The notes under the pieces: generated by a model | The model's input: the letters and a program-made list of their open reading frames with translations, nothing else | Database searches by the model: none | Told to the model about the DNA's origin: nothing | Origin: the human T2T-CHM13v2.0 reference genome, Homo sapiens | Assembly (NCBI RefSeq): GCF_009914755.1 | Contig: NC_060925.1 | DNA length: 64,000 nt | Direction: 5' to 3' (one strand) | Made by a program: the position numbers and the translations under genes | Shown here: piece after piece, positions 25,461 to 39,136 of the stretch | Layout: each line of letters opens with the position of its first letter | Numbering within the stretch: position 1 is the first letter of the stretch

Positions 25461-27981
25461 TCAAATGTTTGGATCCTTTTTTTCCATTTTTTATTAATTG
25501 GACTTGAAGAAAAATGAGCTAAAATATGTATACCAATAGTAGAAATGTTGACTAAAACTACAATCCTAAAAAATTGCAAGATTTTTGCAGATAACTAGCA
25601 TTATGATATTACAAATCTTCAAATGTTACCATCGTATAAAAAAAATTCTGGGCATCTTCTTTAAAAAGCGTATGTCATGTGCTTTATTGTTTTAAAATAA
25701 CATTAATCTAGAATAGTCAGAAAGCATTTTGATCACAATGAAATTACACTTAATAATTTTCCTAAATAATTTTGGCCATTCACAGAAAAAAGTGCTATGG
25801 CACTTTCAAATTCATGATTACCTACTGTTTTTCTAATAAAGAATACAAAATTTTATATAGACACACATTTATTTTTTGTAAAATATTGCTAATTCCACAG
25901 GAGAGTATTTGTAATGCTTATTAATTTTGCATTTTAATGTTATTCAGAAATGCCCCCCTCCAATCAGAAAAATATACACAGACCAATTCTAGGATTGTCA
26001 GTGTTTGCCTAGTTATTACATTGTCATTAAGACAACAAAATAACTTATTCAGTTAATTTTATAAATTCAGCAATAATAATTCAATATGTACTTTTAACAA
26101 ATAGTGTGCAATCAATGTTTTTCAAAAGCTGTACCATACCAAGGAACATCATATATATAAAAAAAAGTTTCATAATGCATCAGATTGATTTAGAACAATA
26201 TTGAGGAAAATCACTTCAAAGTTATGCCTAATATTAACAATTCAATTATACAGATTTTAAAAATATATTTTCACACGTAACAGATTATTCTAATTCAAAA
26301 TACTATAAAAAACTACATTATACTCTGTACATTACAATTCTAAGACTTGCAGTATTTTTTAATAGTCAGAAAATACTGCAAGATTAATCAATTAAAAGTA
26401 ATTTTTGGAAATGCTCTATCCAGAAATAACCATTTTAAAATTTATTCTAAATATGTCTTCCTTAAGAAATCATAAGCATTTCACTAATTAATTTCACATT
26501 GTTATTCTTGGAATTGAGGCTATGGGAAGAAAAAGAATTTTGTTTAATCTTATCAACCTAACAAATATTTCTCCAAGATTCCATGTAATTGACCTGATAT
26601 TTTGTATTACTTTTTCAAACGAAGTAAAAGTTTTTGTTGTTGTTGTTGTTTGTTGTTGTTCTACTTAACTGTCTTGGTAAAATGTAAAATATGCCTGCTT
26701 ATTCTCACTACTTACCAGTGGTTTAAATACAATTTTGAACCATGTTGAAGAGTATGTAGCCTAGGAATTAGCTTTGATTGTTATACCTTGTAAGATGGAA
26801 AGAGAATTTCCCCCATGTAATTCTCCATGATTTTTCCATATGGTTCAACTATTTAGTGTGAGTGAGTTTAAGAAAAGGGACATCTGACAGTCTTTAGACA
26901 AGTTGGAGTATTTTACATCATGTAAGAACATACCATGATTCCAGGCCTTCTGGCCCTCCCAAGACACTGGCTGTGTACTGGAAGCACATAAAATGACAGT
27001 GACACTGGCTTGATCATATTAAGGGCAAATGTCAAAACAGTTCATTTTCTTCCAAATTAATATCCAAGAAAAGTTTACTGCATGTGAAATGATTAAATTG
27101 TAGCAGGACTGTTTAATCACAAAGGAGGAATTGCTTATTCTCTTCAAGAACAACTTACTTGGGGAGAGGCAACTAAAAGAAATGATCTGGACCAAGCTCT
27201 CATGTATTCACCATACAGTCCCTACAAAATGATACAAACAAAACAAGCAGACCTCGACATTTTGAAAACTGGAGAAAACATGCATTTATTAACTTTTGGG
27301 GAATCAAAGAGCAAAGATTTCTACTATCCTGATTGAGTTTACATCAAATGCTGGAGGAGGAGGAGTGTCCTTTGAGAGAACTGTTTAATCAACCTCTGTG
27401 TAAGACATAATGTAGTGTTTGCATCAGCAACTATGCCAGATCCTTCCTAAGAAACAATATATTACATGGGAGAATGTTAATTACCAAGCAACGTGGTGTC
27501 CTGTATGCTAACATTGTTAGCTATTTAGCATAATGCATAATTTGTCTACATCTTTATTTGAATCATTGTACTCACCTATATATAAATATATATATATATA
27601 AATAAATGGTTTAAAAAAGAGGTGAATGATACAGCCTATTGTTATGTCCGGATAAGAGCATATTAGGAATAGTCTGCTTTCTATTTTATAACCAAGTCCC
27701 TCAAAGTTTCTGTCTCTCCAAGGGCTGTAGACACTTCCATGAGTCCCTGTACATCCAAACATAAAACAATTAAAAGAGATTCCAGTCTTTGCCAAAGGAG
27801 CAGAGATACTGTACCACTCATGAACATGAGTTTTTCTTCCTTACCCTTTCTATCAAGACCTAAAACTCCACCCAGTTACCAGGACTCAATGACACTCTTG
27901 TTGTCCCTTTCTTCAAGATGTCCCAATTCTGACACTGACTTCCCTGCTAGGTTTTTAAGAATTTACTTGCTTTCCTTATAT

Positions 27982-28585
27982 AATAGTGCCCCCATCCACA
28001 GTTTTGCCTTCCCACAGTTTCAGTTACCCAAGATTAACTTTGACCCAATAATATTAAAAGGAAAATTCTAGAAAAAAACAATTTATAAGTTTTAAGTTAT
28101 ATGCCATTCTAAGTAGCATAAAATCTCACTCCATCCCACCCTGTCCCACCCAGGACATGAATTATCCTTTTGTCCAGTATATTCACACTATATATGCTTC
28201 CCATCCATTAGTCACTTAGTAGCTGTCTCAGTTATCACATTGGCTCTTGAAGTATTGCAGTGCTTGTGTTCAAGTGGCCCTTATTTTACTTAGTGGCCCA
28301 AAGTGCAAGAGTAGCAATGCTGCCAATTTGGATATGCCAAAAAGAAGGAATCAAGTGCCTCCTTGAAGTGAAAAGATGAAAGTTCTCAAGTTAATAAGGA
28401 AAGAAAAATATCTTAGCTGAGGTTGCCAAGATCTATAGTAAGACCGAATACTCTATCCATGAAATTGTGAAGAAGAAAAAAGAAATTAGTGCATAGTATA
28501 TATAGGGTTTGGTACTATCGGCAATTATAGGCATCAGCTGGGGATGTTGGAAAGTATTCCCCGTGGATAAGGGGGATACTACTGT
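27982..28585 (-). mobile_element. MER44 (Tigger7-derived) DNA transposon, near full length
   Basis: Ends with ...ccccgtggataagggggatactactgta (TIR plus TA); internal attagtcacttagtagc and gtgcaagagtagcaatgctg. Confidence 0.8.
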
Positions 28586-28804
28586 ACCTATTGACCCCTT
28601 GCTACTCTACCAAACTTTTCACGGCTATATATGCTACTTGTTTCACTAAACAGTTTTTCCAACTGTTTTTCCAACAGCTGTTGAGTTCTACCTGTTTTAT
28701 GAAGCTTCACTTGGCATGCCTTATTTCTTCTCCTGATTCATAAGTAAAAGTAAGACAGAATAATTTAATCAGAAGTTTAGATGAAAGTTGAATTAAAAAA
28801 TATA

Positions 28805-29165
28805 TAAGTATCCATCCCCTCAATCATTTATCCTTTGTGTTACACATAATCCAATTATACTCTTAGTTATTTTTAAATGTACAATTGAGTTATTATTGAC
28901 TATAGTCACTCTGTTGTGCTATGAAATAGTAGGTCTTATTCATTCTATTTTATTTTGTACCCATTAACCATCCCAATCTCCCCGTCACCACTCCCCCACT
29001 ACCCTTCCCAGCCTCTGGTTACCATCCTTCTACTCTCTATGTCCATTAGTTCAATTGCTTTGATTTTTAGACCCCATGCAATGTTTGCCTTCCTGTGTCT
29101 GACTTATTTCACTTAACGTAAGTAAATGCATCTATTACATACCCACAGAAATTTTTTTTAAAACA
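28805..29165 (-). mobile_element. L1MA-type 3' end, apparently 5'-inverted
   Basis: 28809-29120 is antisense L1MA 3' UTR (tatccatcccctcaatcatttatcctttgtgttac); 29121-29165 resembles the sense terminal segment (tacatacccacagaaatt). Confidence 0.7.
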
Positions 29166-29176
29166 ATATGATCTAT

Positions 29177-29255
29177 AGCAGAGGTCAGCAAACTATGAGG
29201 GCCTGGAGACCAAATCCAGCCTGCCACTTTTTCTTGTAAATAAATTTTTATTGAA
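29177..29255 (+). mobile_element. MER58-like hAT fragment
   Basis: cagaggtcagcaaactatg...ccaaatccagcctgcc...gtaaataaatttttattgaaa. Confidence 0.7.
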
Positions 29256-29746
29256 AGACAAAAAGTACATATATAAAAAACACAGGCAGTTCAACTGCAA
29301 ATTTACCCATGTTTATACTGACATCTCAAGGGTTATGTGAAGCTGACATGACAAGAAACCTGCTTACCTCCTCACAACTAATGGCACATTTTTCAAATCA
29401 ATGATTTTTTCCTAGACCAAGACATATTCTAACTCACACTTAATTAAAAATGCTATCAAACCTATACATGTACATAGTCCAAAAAGACAAGTTCCATAAC
29501 ATATAAGTGCAGCCTTCTCTCTCCTTCCTACTCTCACACATATTTCCACTCCGCAGAGGCAGTCCCTTTACAGCCCTAAAACTGGGTATTCTCTTAACCT
29601 CCTTCCATATTTCTAACTATGATTTTATTACTATTTCCTGCTTTTCAATTTAAATTATAATCTACTAGCTTTCTATTATGGAACAAAAGAGTATAACTTT
29701 CTTCTCATCCCTCATTCTGAATTTCCCTTTTCCCATCCTTTGAATA

Positions 29747-30051
29747 TACAAGTCATGATTCACTTAGCGATGGGGATATATTCTGAGAAATCCATCATTA
29801 GACGATTTTGTCATTGGGCATAGACTGTACTTACACAAACCTAAATGGTACAGCCTAGTATGTACTAGGCTATAGGGTATAACCTATTGATCTTAGTCGA
29901 CATCATCACAAACACATAAGCTCTGCACTGCTAAGTTACAACAGCTATGATGTCACTAGGCAATAGGAATTTTTCAGCTCCATTATAATCCTATGGGACG
30001 ACCATTGTATATTCAGTGTGTCACTGAAATGTTATGTGGTGCATGACTGTA
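29747..30051 (-). mobile_element. Tigger3a/MER7A-like DNA transposon
   Basis: caagtcatg...ttctgagaaatccatcattag...aggaatttttcagctccattataatcctatgggac...gcatgactgta; TIR-like ends with TA. Confidence 0.8.
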
Positions 30052-30221
30052 GTTCGATAATTTTTGTTAAATCAATCTTCAGTGTTCACATTATTATGGC
30101 TGTTTTTCATAGAACAGCATGTTGAGTGCTATAATTATATTTCCAATCTTGAATGATCTGTTTTCCGTTCTAATTGTCTCTTTTGACATTTGTTAGTTTT
30201 CTAACCACTCATTGCTAATTC

Positions 30222-30921
30222 AGAATCTGTCTGCTTGGGCTACCATAAAAAAATACCCCAGATTTGGCTGGGCACGGTGGCTCACACCTGTAATCCCAGC
30301 GCTTTGGGAGGCCAAGGCGGGCAGATCACCTGTGGTCGGAAGTTCAAGACCAGCCTGACCAACATGGAGAAACTCCATCTCTACTAAAAACACAAAAAAT
30401 AAAAATAAATAGACAACAAACAAATAAATAAACAAATAAATAATTAGCCAGGCATGGTACCCAGAAGGCGGAGGTTGCAGTGAGCTGAGATTGTGTCATT
30501 CAACTCCAGCCGGGGCAAGAAAAGCAAAACTCAAGTCTCAAGAACAACAACAACAACAACAAAAACAACTCAGGTTTGATGACTTAAACAGAAGACATTT
30601 ATTTTCTCACAGTTCTGGCAACTGGAATTTCTAGGACAAGGTCCCAGCAGAGTTGGTTTCCTCTGAGGCCTGTGACATTGGCATCTTTACCTGGTTACTT
30701 TATATGCACACCCACCCCTGGTATCTCTGTATATCCTATCATCTTATTCTTCTCTTACAAGGACATCAGCCATATTAGATTAGAGCCCACCCTAATGGCT
30801 TCATTTTAACTTAATTACCTATTTAAAAGCCCTATATCCAAATACAGTAAAATTGTGAAGAACTAGGAGTTAGGGCTCCAACAAGTGAAAATAAAAGGGG
30901 AGACAAAATGCAATCCAAAAC
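30222..30921 (-). mobile_element. MLT1B/C-like solo LTR interrupted by an Alu
   Basis: gacatttattttctcacagttctgg; aaggacatcagccatattagattagagcccaccctaatgg; ccaaatacagt. Confidence 0.75.
30266..30565 (+). mobile_element. AluS (Sp/Sq-like) with an expanded middle A-rich linker and a right-arm deletion
   Basis: ggctgggcacggtggctcacacctgtaatcccagc...cctgaccaacatggagaaac; (CAA)n tail; degenerate TSD acccagattt / actcaggttt. Confidence 0.9.
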
Positions 30922-31222
30922 CCCTGCCCAGAAGTGGAAAGCTCTTCTCAATACACTCAACCACATCAGGTAACGCCAGCTTGGTCTCCTCCCCAGAGGT
31001 GGCCTTCCTGAAGTTCTCCACTCCTCACAATGGTCTGACTGCTGGCACTGAGAGCCTGCTGTTTAGGGTCCATTCCATTCTCTCCTCTGTGCTGGATCCC
31101 CTGAGGCTACTTCTCCTTCACTCACTCCTTGTTTTTGGTAAACACATCTTCCAGCAGCTTCCAGAGAGTTGTGCATTCTTTAAAATCTTTAGTTTATATA
31201 AATAACTTCTTTCTACTTTCTT

Positions 31223-31698
31223 TTTTTTAATTTTTAATTTTTTTTATTTATTTTATTATTATTATACTTTAAGTTTTAGGGTACATGTGCACAATGTGCA
31301 GGTTAGTTACATATGTATACATGTGCCATGCTGGTGTGCTGCACCCATTAACTCATCATTTAGCATTAGGTATATCTCCTAATGCTATCCCTCCCCCCTC
31401 CCCCCTCCCCCCACCCCACAACAGTCCCCAGAATGTGATGTTCCCCTTCCTGTGTCCATGTGTTCTCATTGCTCAATTCTCACCTATGAGTAAGAACATG
31501 CGGTGTTTGGTTTTTTGTCCTTGCGATAGTTTGCTGAGAATGATGGTTTCCAGCTGCATCCATGTCCCTACAAAGGACATGAACTCATCATTCTTTATGG
31601 TTGCATAGTATTCCATGGTGTATATGTGCCACATTTTCTTAATCCAGTCTATCATTGTTGGACATTTGGGTTGGTTCCAAGGACATTTGGGTTGGTTC
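31223..31698 (-). mobile_element. 5'-truncated L1PA 3' end with TSD
   Basis: Poly(T)...tatactttaagttttagggtacatgtgcac...; ORF 31473..31655 is the ORF2 C-terminus (WIKKMWHIYTMEYY); TSD ttctactttctt at 31211-31222 and 31696-31707. Confidence 0.93.
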
Positions 31699-33765
31699 TA
31701 CTTTCTTACTAGACCAAACTTTTGCCAGGATACAAAATTCTAAGTGAAAAAATATTTCCCTTCAGAATTTTGAAAGCATTGTCCCACTGTCTTCTGCCAT
31801 TACTGATGAGACATCTGAAGACATTCCAATTTTCCACCCTTAGTTTTGAATATTTTCTTCTTTTTCTCCTATTGTTCCTCTTCCTCATATGCCTTTTCCT
31901 TTTTCCTTTGGCTTCTTCTTTTGTTTCCTTCTCCCTGACCAGCACAGATCTTTTCTAGTCCTTATTGTATAATGAGTGGGCCCTCTCAATTTGACAATTT
32001 TTGTGTGGAAAATTTGGGCGTATTATGTCTTTCATAATATTCTACCCTAGTGTTTTATAAAATCCCTTTCTTAAATTCCTACTATATTGATATTGCTTCT
32101 CTCTAACTACCATAATTTTCTCAACTTTTTAATTCTTCTTTTACACTATTTGGTTTTATTGTTCATTTTATTATTCTTCATTCTTCAATGTTCTTAGGTT
32201 TACCTTCTAGGCTTTTTATTAAATTATTCATTTGTTATGCTAGATTTAATTTCCAGGAGCTCTTTCAGGTTCACTGAGTGTCTTGTTTTGTTTTGTGATC
32301 TAGTCTACTATTCTTATTTTATGTATGTACCATATTCTCATGTTACTAGGAATATTTATTAAATATATACTTTAAGATTGATTTCTATTTCCAGAACTAT
32401 ATGGTATTGTTTGATTCCTCTGAGTTTCTCTTTTTGTGTATGGTTTTTGTTTGTTTGTTTGCTTATTCCTTCTTGTTCTTGTTAGAAATGTCCTCAAATC
32501 CCTATGTCTGCTGTCTGGTGTCTGAATACAAGCAGGAGTTAAGCACTCAAAAGAGGTTAGGAGTTGAGTGGAGGCAGAGAGCTTTTCTCACATAGATTTC
32601 ATTTTAGAGTGATCAATGTTTAATATTGCACTGGGGAACACCAGGTTTCATATCTCTGCACACACAGACACACAGACACACACAGGCACACACACTTTTG
32701 ATTGAATGATATAATGCATTTTATCTTGTGTTGAACCATTTCCCATGAGGAAACTCCTCCAATCTTGTGTCAATGTCAATAGAGATATGGACCAGGCTGT
32801 AATGCTTCTCAGAGTCATTTGGGAAAATCATATCACGTTCAGTGATATGATTACTCTTAATTCCCTTAATTTTAGCATGGTGCCTAGACTCTTAACTGTA
32901 GCTGGTGTTTCTGAGTAGAGTATCCCTGGATCAAATTCTCCAAATAGCAAACTCTTTTACCAGGATTAGGAAAGTAACCAGCAATGGATATGTACAGGGG
33001 TTCAAAGAACCTACTTTTCTTATAGACTTCTAACCAGTATTCATGTATTTAGTCATACATATAACCCTACATTCAGAGACATCTGGTACCTCTATTTTCT
33101 GAGACTGTTGAGGTTCGGTTGCAAAACGCAGCTTGCTTCTAATTTGTTTCCTGTCTCAACTTAAATTTTAACTTCCTTCACTGTTGACACTCATCTATCT
33201 GCTTTGTAGCTTGCAAAATTATTATTAATATAAAATTAGTATTGTCTCATCTACCAAATCTGTTGTCCCTATAGGTATAAATCTTCTTACTCATTTCTTC
33301 CAATTTAGTAGTGTCAGGAAAAAAAAGAGAATGCATTTGATTAACTAAAACCTTCCAAATTCACATTACAAAGGGTACTCTAGAAGGTATTATGTATTTA
33401 TTTCCTAATGCTTACACCTCTTTTGCTACACAAAGATAGTACACATACTGAAAAACTGAAAGTAATTTAAAGCCAAATTACCACTCGAGGGGGCACAACA
33501 CTCACAATTACATAAGTCAACCAAATATAGAAACACTTGATTATCTTCAGTTCAAATTCATTTCTTCAATAAACATGTTTGGAGTACCTACTATGTTGAA
33601 CCAATTAAGAAACGATTAAAGTAGTGCTTAAATGAACTGATGAATCAGTCTGATCTGAATTAAGGTAGTAATTGTGAAGAAAGTGGGGAGCAGATACTTT
33701 TTCTCATATATATATTTCAAAAAATATTTTAAAAGTTTTCCAATCATTTTTTGGTCTACACTCTT

Positions 33766-34173
33766 CTGTTAGTTTCCTAGGGCTGCCAAACAAAGTACCA
33801 CAACCTGAATGGCTTAAACAACAGAATGTTATTGTCTCACAGTTCTACAGACTGGAATTCGGAAATCAAGTTGTTGGCAGGGTTGGATCTTCCTGAGAGC
33901 TGTGAGGGAAGGATCTGTTCCAGACCTCTCTCCTTGGCATGTATATTGCCGTCTTCATGTTTACATGGTGTTTTCCCTGTATACATGTCTGCCTCCAAAT
34001 TTTCTCTTTTTATAAGGACACTGGTCATATTGGATTAGCGCCTACCCTAATGGTCTCATTATAAATTTATTACTTCTTTCAACACCTTATCACCACATAA
34101 GTTCACATGCTGAGGTACTAAGGGTTGGGACTTCAACGCAGGAATTTTGTAGGCCCACAATTCAGCTAATAGC
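33766..34173 (-). mobile_element. MLT1C-like solo LTR
   Basis: tgttagtttcctagggctgcc...tggcttaaacaacagaa...tataaggacactggtcatattggattag...tgaggtact. Confidence 0.8.
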
Positions 34174-35112
34174 AGCCCACTCCAAATGAAAGATGAGAAA
34201 ATCAGTTTAAACATTTTAGAAATGGATAAGTAGTTTAGGTAAATTAGAGTGAGGACAACACAGAGCCTGCCCATTCAGGACTTACAGTCCTAGATTAATG
34301 TAAAAGAGTATGCCTATTAAGTGCTCCAGAAGAGAATAAAACGTATACCTGAAAGATCTATGCACAGTTTGCCTTTTCCCATTCTCTATAGAAACCACCA
34401 ATTGTTCTCATTTGTCCACACATTGCAGATAATGGCTAGAGATGGAGTCATTGGCTTAGAAACACAGGAGGTAGTAGAATTTACTGAACATAAAATAATG
34501 AAGCACTTAAAAAAATTATAAAATAAAAAATTTTAAATATAATTTATACCATTATTTGCTTTATACAATTTAATTTAAAGTTTGATAGAACTGTGGACCT
34601 AAAAAATGCATCATAAATATCATATAAGCCAAAGGTTACCAAACTGAAATGTGTTTCAGAATTACCTGTGGAGCTTTTAAAAATACAGAGATTGTTGATT
34701 ACCACCCCAAATATCTTGAATAGAAGGTTCTCAAATGCATAGTTTTGAGAAACTCTCCAATTGGTTCTAATGCCTGATCCATCTGCTTTGTCTTAAGGTT
34801 GAAAAAATTGAGGCCACTTTAACAAAACTACATATCATAAGACATACTTAATAAAAAATGTTCCAGTTCTGTTTATATATGATTCATTTTGATCAACAGA
34901 TTATGAGAATATTCATAGAAACTATTTGAAAAACACTTTTGTTAATACAATCAATGATACAACTGTTCTTATGGAAAAGATAGCTCAGTAATATTTGTTT
35001 CCTTTTAGTAAAACTTTAAGGTCACCAATACTTAATGCTGGCGAATTTTTAAAAACTCAAATTAAAAAAAATCTTCTAAAATGGAAAGCACAACTTACTA
35101 AAAAAGATTTTA

Positions 35113-35307
<195 letters not shown>

Positions 35308-37921
35308 TTAAGCTTAAATGAAAGTTGAATTTCTAGCAGATCATGACTATATCTGATTTTGAACAAAAAAAAATTTGCTATTGGGTTGTCTATTATAACT
35401 TAATGTTTTATGACAAAAGTTAATAAAAGCCAAATGTTATTTCTTTGTATGATTAAATATATTTTATATGCATGCTTTGAGTAAATTAAGGGGCTATATT
35501 GGTCTTTATTTTATGATTAATAGTATTTTAACTGTAATGTCTGAATCAAACTAAGAGGGGTGGAATACAGCTCCTCTGTATTCATAAGTAAAACTCTAGT
35601 TTGTATTTATACTTCCTGGAGATCATTCATCATCTTTTTCCAAGCCCCTTCCCCTCATACTAGGGTTCAATATTTCTTAAGTTTAGTGATAAAGACACAG
35701 TATATTTTAGTGTTTGATACATGATGTTCTAAGAGCACAAGAATGTTTATTTTCAAAATGAGGAATCATTTATCTCTGTGGTTCTCTGTGATAAAGTAAA
35801 TATTTTCCAAAAAAAAAATGGTTTCTATGGGGAGGAAATATAAAAGTCCTTGAAATAAGACCAAACCAAACAGTTCTGGGAAAATGTTGCACCATGGTTA
35901 TTAAGATAATATGAGTGTTGGATAACTTTCTTTAAACACCATTTTCAACTAAACAATTCAAAACTCATGTAACTAACCTATGAAACTTGTTTGGAGAATC
36001 CTACTCCATGCTCTATGCATGAGGAATTGCACTGAAAAATGTATTAGTTTATATTAAATCCCAAATATTTTATAGGAAGCTAAGATTGGAAATGAACATA
36101 AAAATGGATACTGCGTCACTCTAACTTGTTTTTTTAAATAGCTTTTAGAGTATGACCAGATAGCTACCTCTCTCTCTCCTTCATTCCCTTCCCTTTTCTT
36201 TTATCACATGGAGGAATTCTTCTTGTAAATATGGTCGCTTTTACCAAGACATCATTTTAAGACTATTGGTAATAAATTAGTTACATTAATCCTAAATAGT
36301 ATATAGCTTAGATACTAATAGCTAATACCAATAACTCAGATAAATTTGTTAGATGGAAAGAAGCCTCCATGTATTACACAAATTCATATTGAACATAATA
36401 TGAATGTTATTCATGTTTATTGTGTGAAGAACTTAACTATCATACAATAAATTAAGAATATTGATTATCTACACCAATGAATACAATGATCTAGATTACA
36501 GTAGTATCTAAGCATCTATTTCTCTAGCACACCCAAATAATGAGTATAGATAGCAAACAGTAAACACCTAAAGCCAGGGTTTACCTGAGGTGCTGGGAAA
36601 ATCTGATGACTTAAAGAACTGTCACATGTACAATGACCACAAATATAAAGTATTTAATCCACCAAAAAGATGAAAATACTCACAAAGAAATGTAATTTTC
36701 CAATTAGATAACACTCATTATATCCTGCTAGTTTCTCGTGCTGTTTTTTTTTCAGAAGTTGAATCATTGAAAAAAAACTCCATTAAATCGACTTTATTAT
36801 ATATAAATCAAAGGTAACATCAGAGTTCCTGACTAGGTATCTAGTCATCATTTGAAGGATTATGCAGCACAAAGGAGTCCAGAAGTCTGTTCCACAAAAC
36901 AGTTGACTTTTCTTCTGTTCTTTTCCAACACCCACTAGACAGACACACACACACACATACACACACACTTGCACACACAGTGAAGACAGGCACAAATACA
37001 CACCCGCTCATGCACACTCAGGTTATCCAGGAAAGAAAAAAAAAAGTATAAAGCACTTATGCTATTCAATTCAGTGGGAGACTTTTAAATCTAGAAGAGT
37101 ATGCAGGACAACTCAAGGGTAAACATGAAGATATGTTTAAAACTTTAAAAACAGCAGAAAATATTGAGCAAAACCACTTTTGTTGAAGATACCTTCTGGC
37201 ATCTGAAACTAAGGAGACTGTTTTGCAGAAACTCTGTTTCTGTGGTGTCCACGCTATGCTCAATAATACTCTCACTCTACTCATATGATACAACTTGGTA
37301 ACTTGTGACAAATGTTTAAGACTATGTCACCTTTAAGACAAATTGCCTGGTACATGCACAAAAAGAAGAGGGTAGCTGAGGGTAGCTAAGTAAGTCCTGT
37401 CACCTTTCTGATTCCTCTAGTCCATGGCAACCATTTTTTCTCTGACCCCAGGCAACACAAGTGCTATGTGTCCAATACATAGTGCAAGCTCTTTAAAATG
37501 TAAACCCTAACTCACACTGCACTGGTATGTCACACCATATTTAGCCCACAATTTTTATATGTGGGATAAAAACAGTATTCGGGGATTTGGAGACTACTCT
37601 AACAGTGAGTCTGGATACCTCAGTGAATCTCTGACAGCTTAAGATAATTATTCTGGGCCACTTTTTTCATTGTGCTGTGTGGTCACAGTCTTCTGAACAG
37701 TTTTGCCTTGAGATGAGGCTGAAAAAGAGGAGTAAACACACTGATTTTATGATATATTTTTGACCTTTTAGTTTGGCCAGCAGAGGGACTAAGGCAAGAG
37801 TCTATACTCAAACATACTTTAACACATCTTGCAACACTGAAAATTGCTAAAATTTGGAGGAAAGAGAAAATATTAAGTCACTCAAAACTGTAAGCTGCAA
37901 GATGAAAGGCAGGGATACCTA

Positions 37922-38059
<138 letters not shown>

Positions 38060-38792
38060 CTATTCAAAACAAAATGGGCAATGGAATAGAAACAAAAATG
38101 TTTTATGTTACACTACATAGAAAAATAAAATATCTAAGAAAAATTTGAAATATGATAAAACTGAAATGAACTTTTGCTAATAAAATTTCACATTTAAAAC
38201 CTGGACATATATTAAATAGCAATTACACTATAATAAATACAACTGGGACATACACAAATCTCATAAATCAATAAATTCATCTCAACTTATTTCAGTCTTA
38301 CTAAGACCATAAGGGAAGGTAATCAGTGGTTATACCTGGCACACACTTTCAGCTTGTGAAGGTTTTAGTTTTATCTACAGACTGATCCTAAAATATACAT
38401 TGAACACCAGGCAGAAGCATTTAAGTATCAATTCATACTTCATTACTTTTAGGATCAAAATTGTGATAGCGATTTATATCATTTAGCTATATAATTATGA
38501 AACAATAATTTTGAACAGTTTCTGATGAATATTTGAATGAATAAGGATCCATAAAAACACTGAAAATACTGACAAAGTAAATTAAATGAACATGATATCA
38601 AAATATTACAAAATATATGGTCCTTTGGAGAAAATTACATCTGAGTGGTGAAACAGTTTAAACCAATGATTTATAGAAATTAAAATTCTCTGGTAAACAT
38701 TCACCATTTTACTGCTGTAAAATATATCTACTAGGAATTTCTGGAGTTTAAATAATTCTCTACATTGATACTAGATAAAGTTAATGACTGTA

Positions 38793-39136
38793 TGATATGG
38801 TTTGGATTTGCGTCCCTGTCCAAACCTCATGTTAAATTATAATTCCAAATGTTAAGAGAGGGGCCTGATGGGAGATGACTGAATCACGGTGGCAGATTTC
38901 CCCCTTGCTGTTCTCCTGATAGTGAGTATGTATCACCACCCTCTTCCTCCTGCTCTGGCCATGTGAAGACACACCTGCTTCCCTTTCGCATTACACGTGA
39001 CCATAAGTTTCCTTAGGCCTCCCCAGACATGTTTCCAGTATAGCCTGTGGAATCGTAAGCCAATTAAATCTCTTTTCTTTATACATTATCCTCTCTCAGG
39101 TAATTCTTTATAGCAGTGTGAGAGCAGGCTAATACA
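38793..39136 (+). mobile_element. MSTA-like MaLR solo LTR (between two KCNT2 exons, antisense to the gene)
   Basis: tgatatggtttggatttgcgtccc...ttgctgttctcctgatagtgag...ttctttatagcagtgtgagagcaggctaataca. Confidence 0.88.

Noticed and set aside
31285-31655. ORFs of 107 and 60 aa
   Set aside because: L1PA 3' end: the ORF2 C-terminal remnant and its antisense frame.
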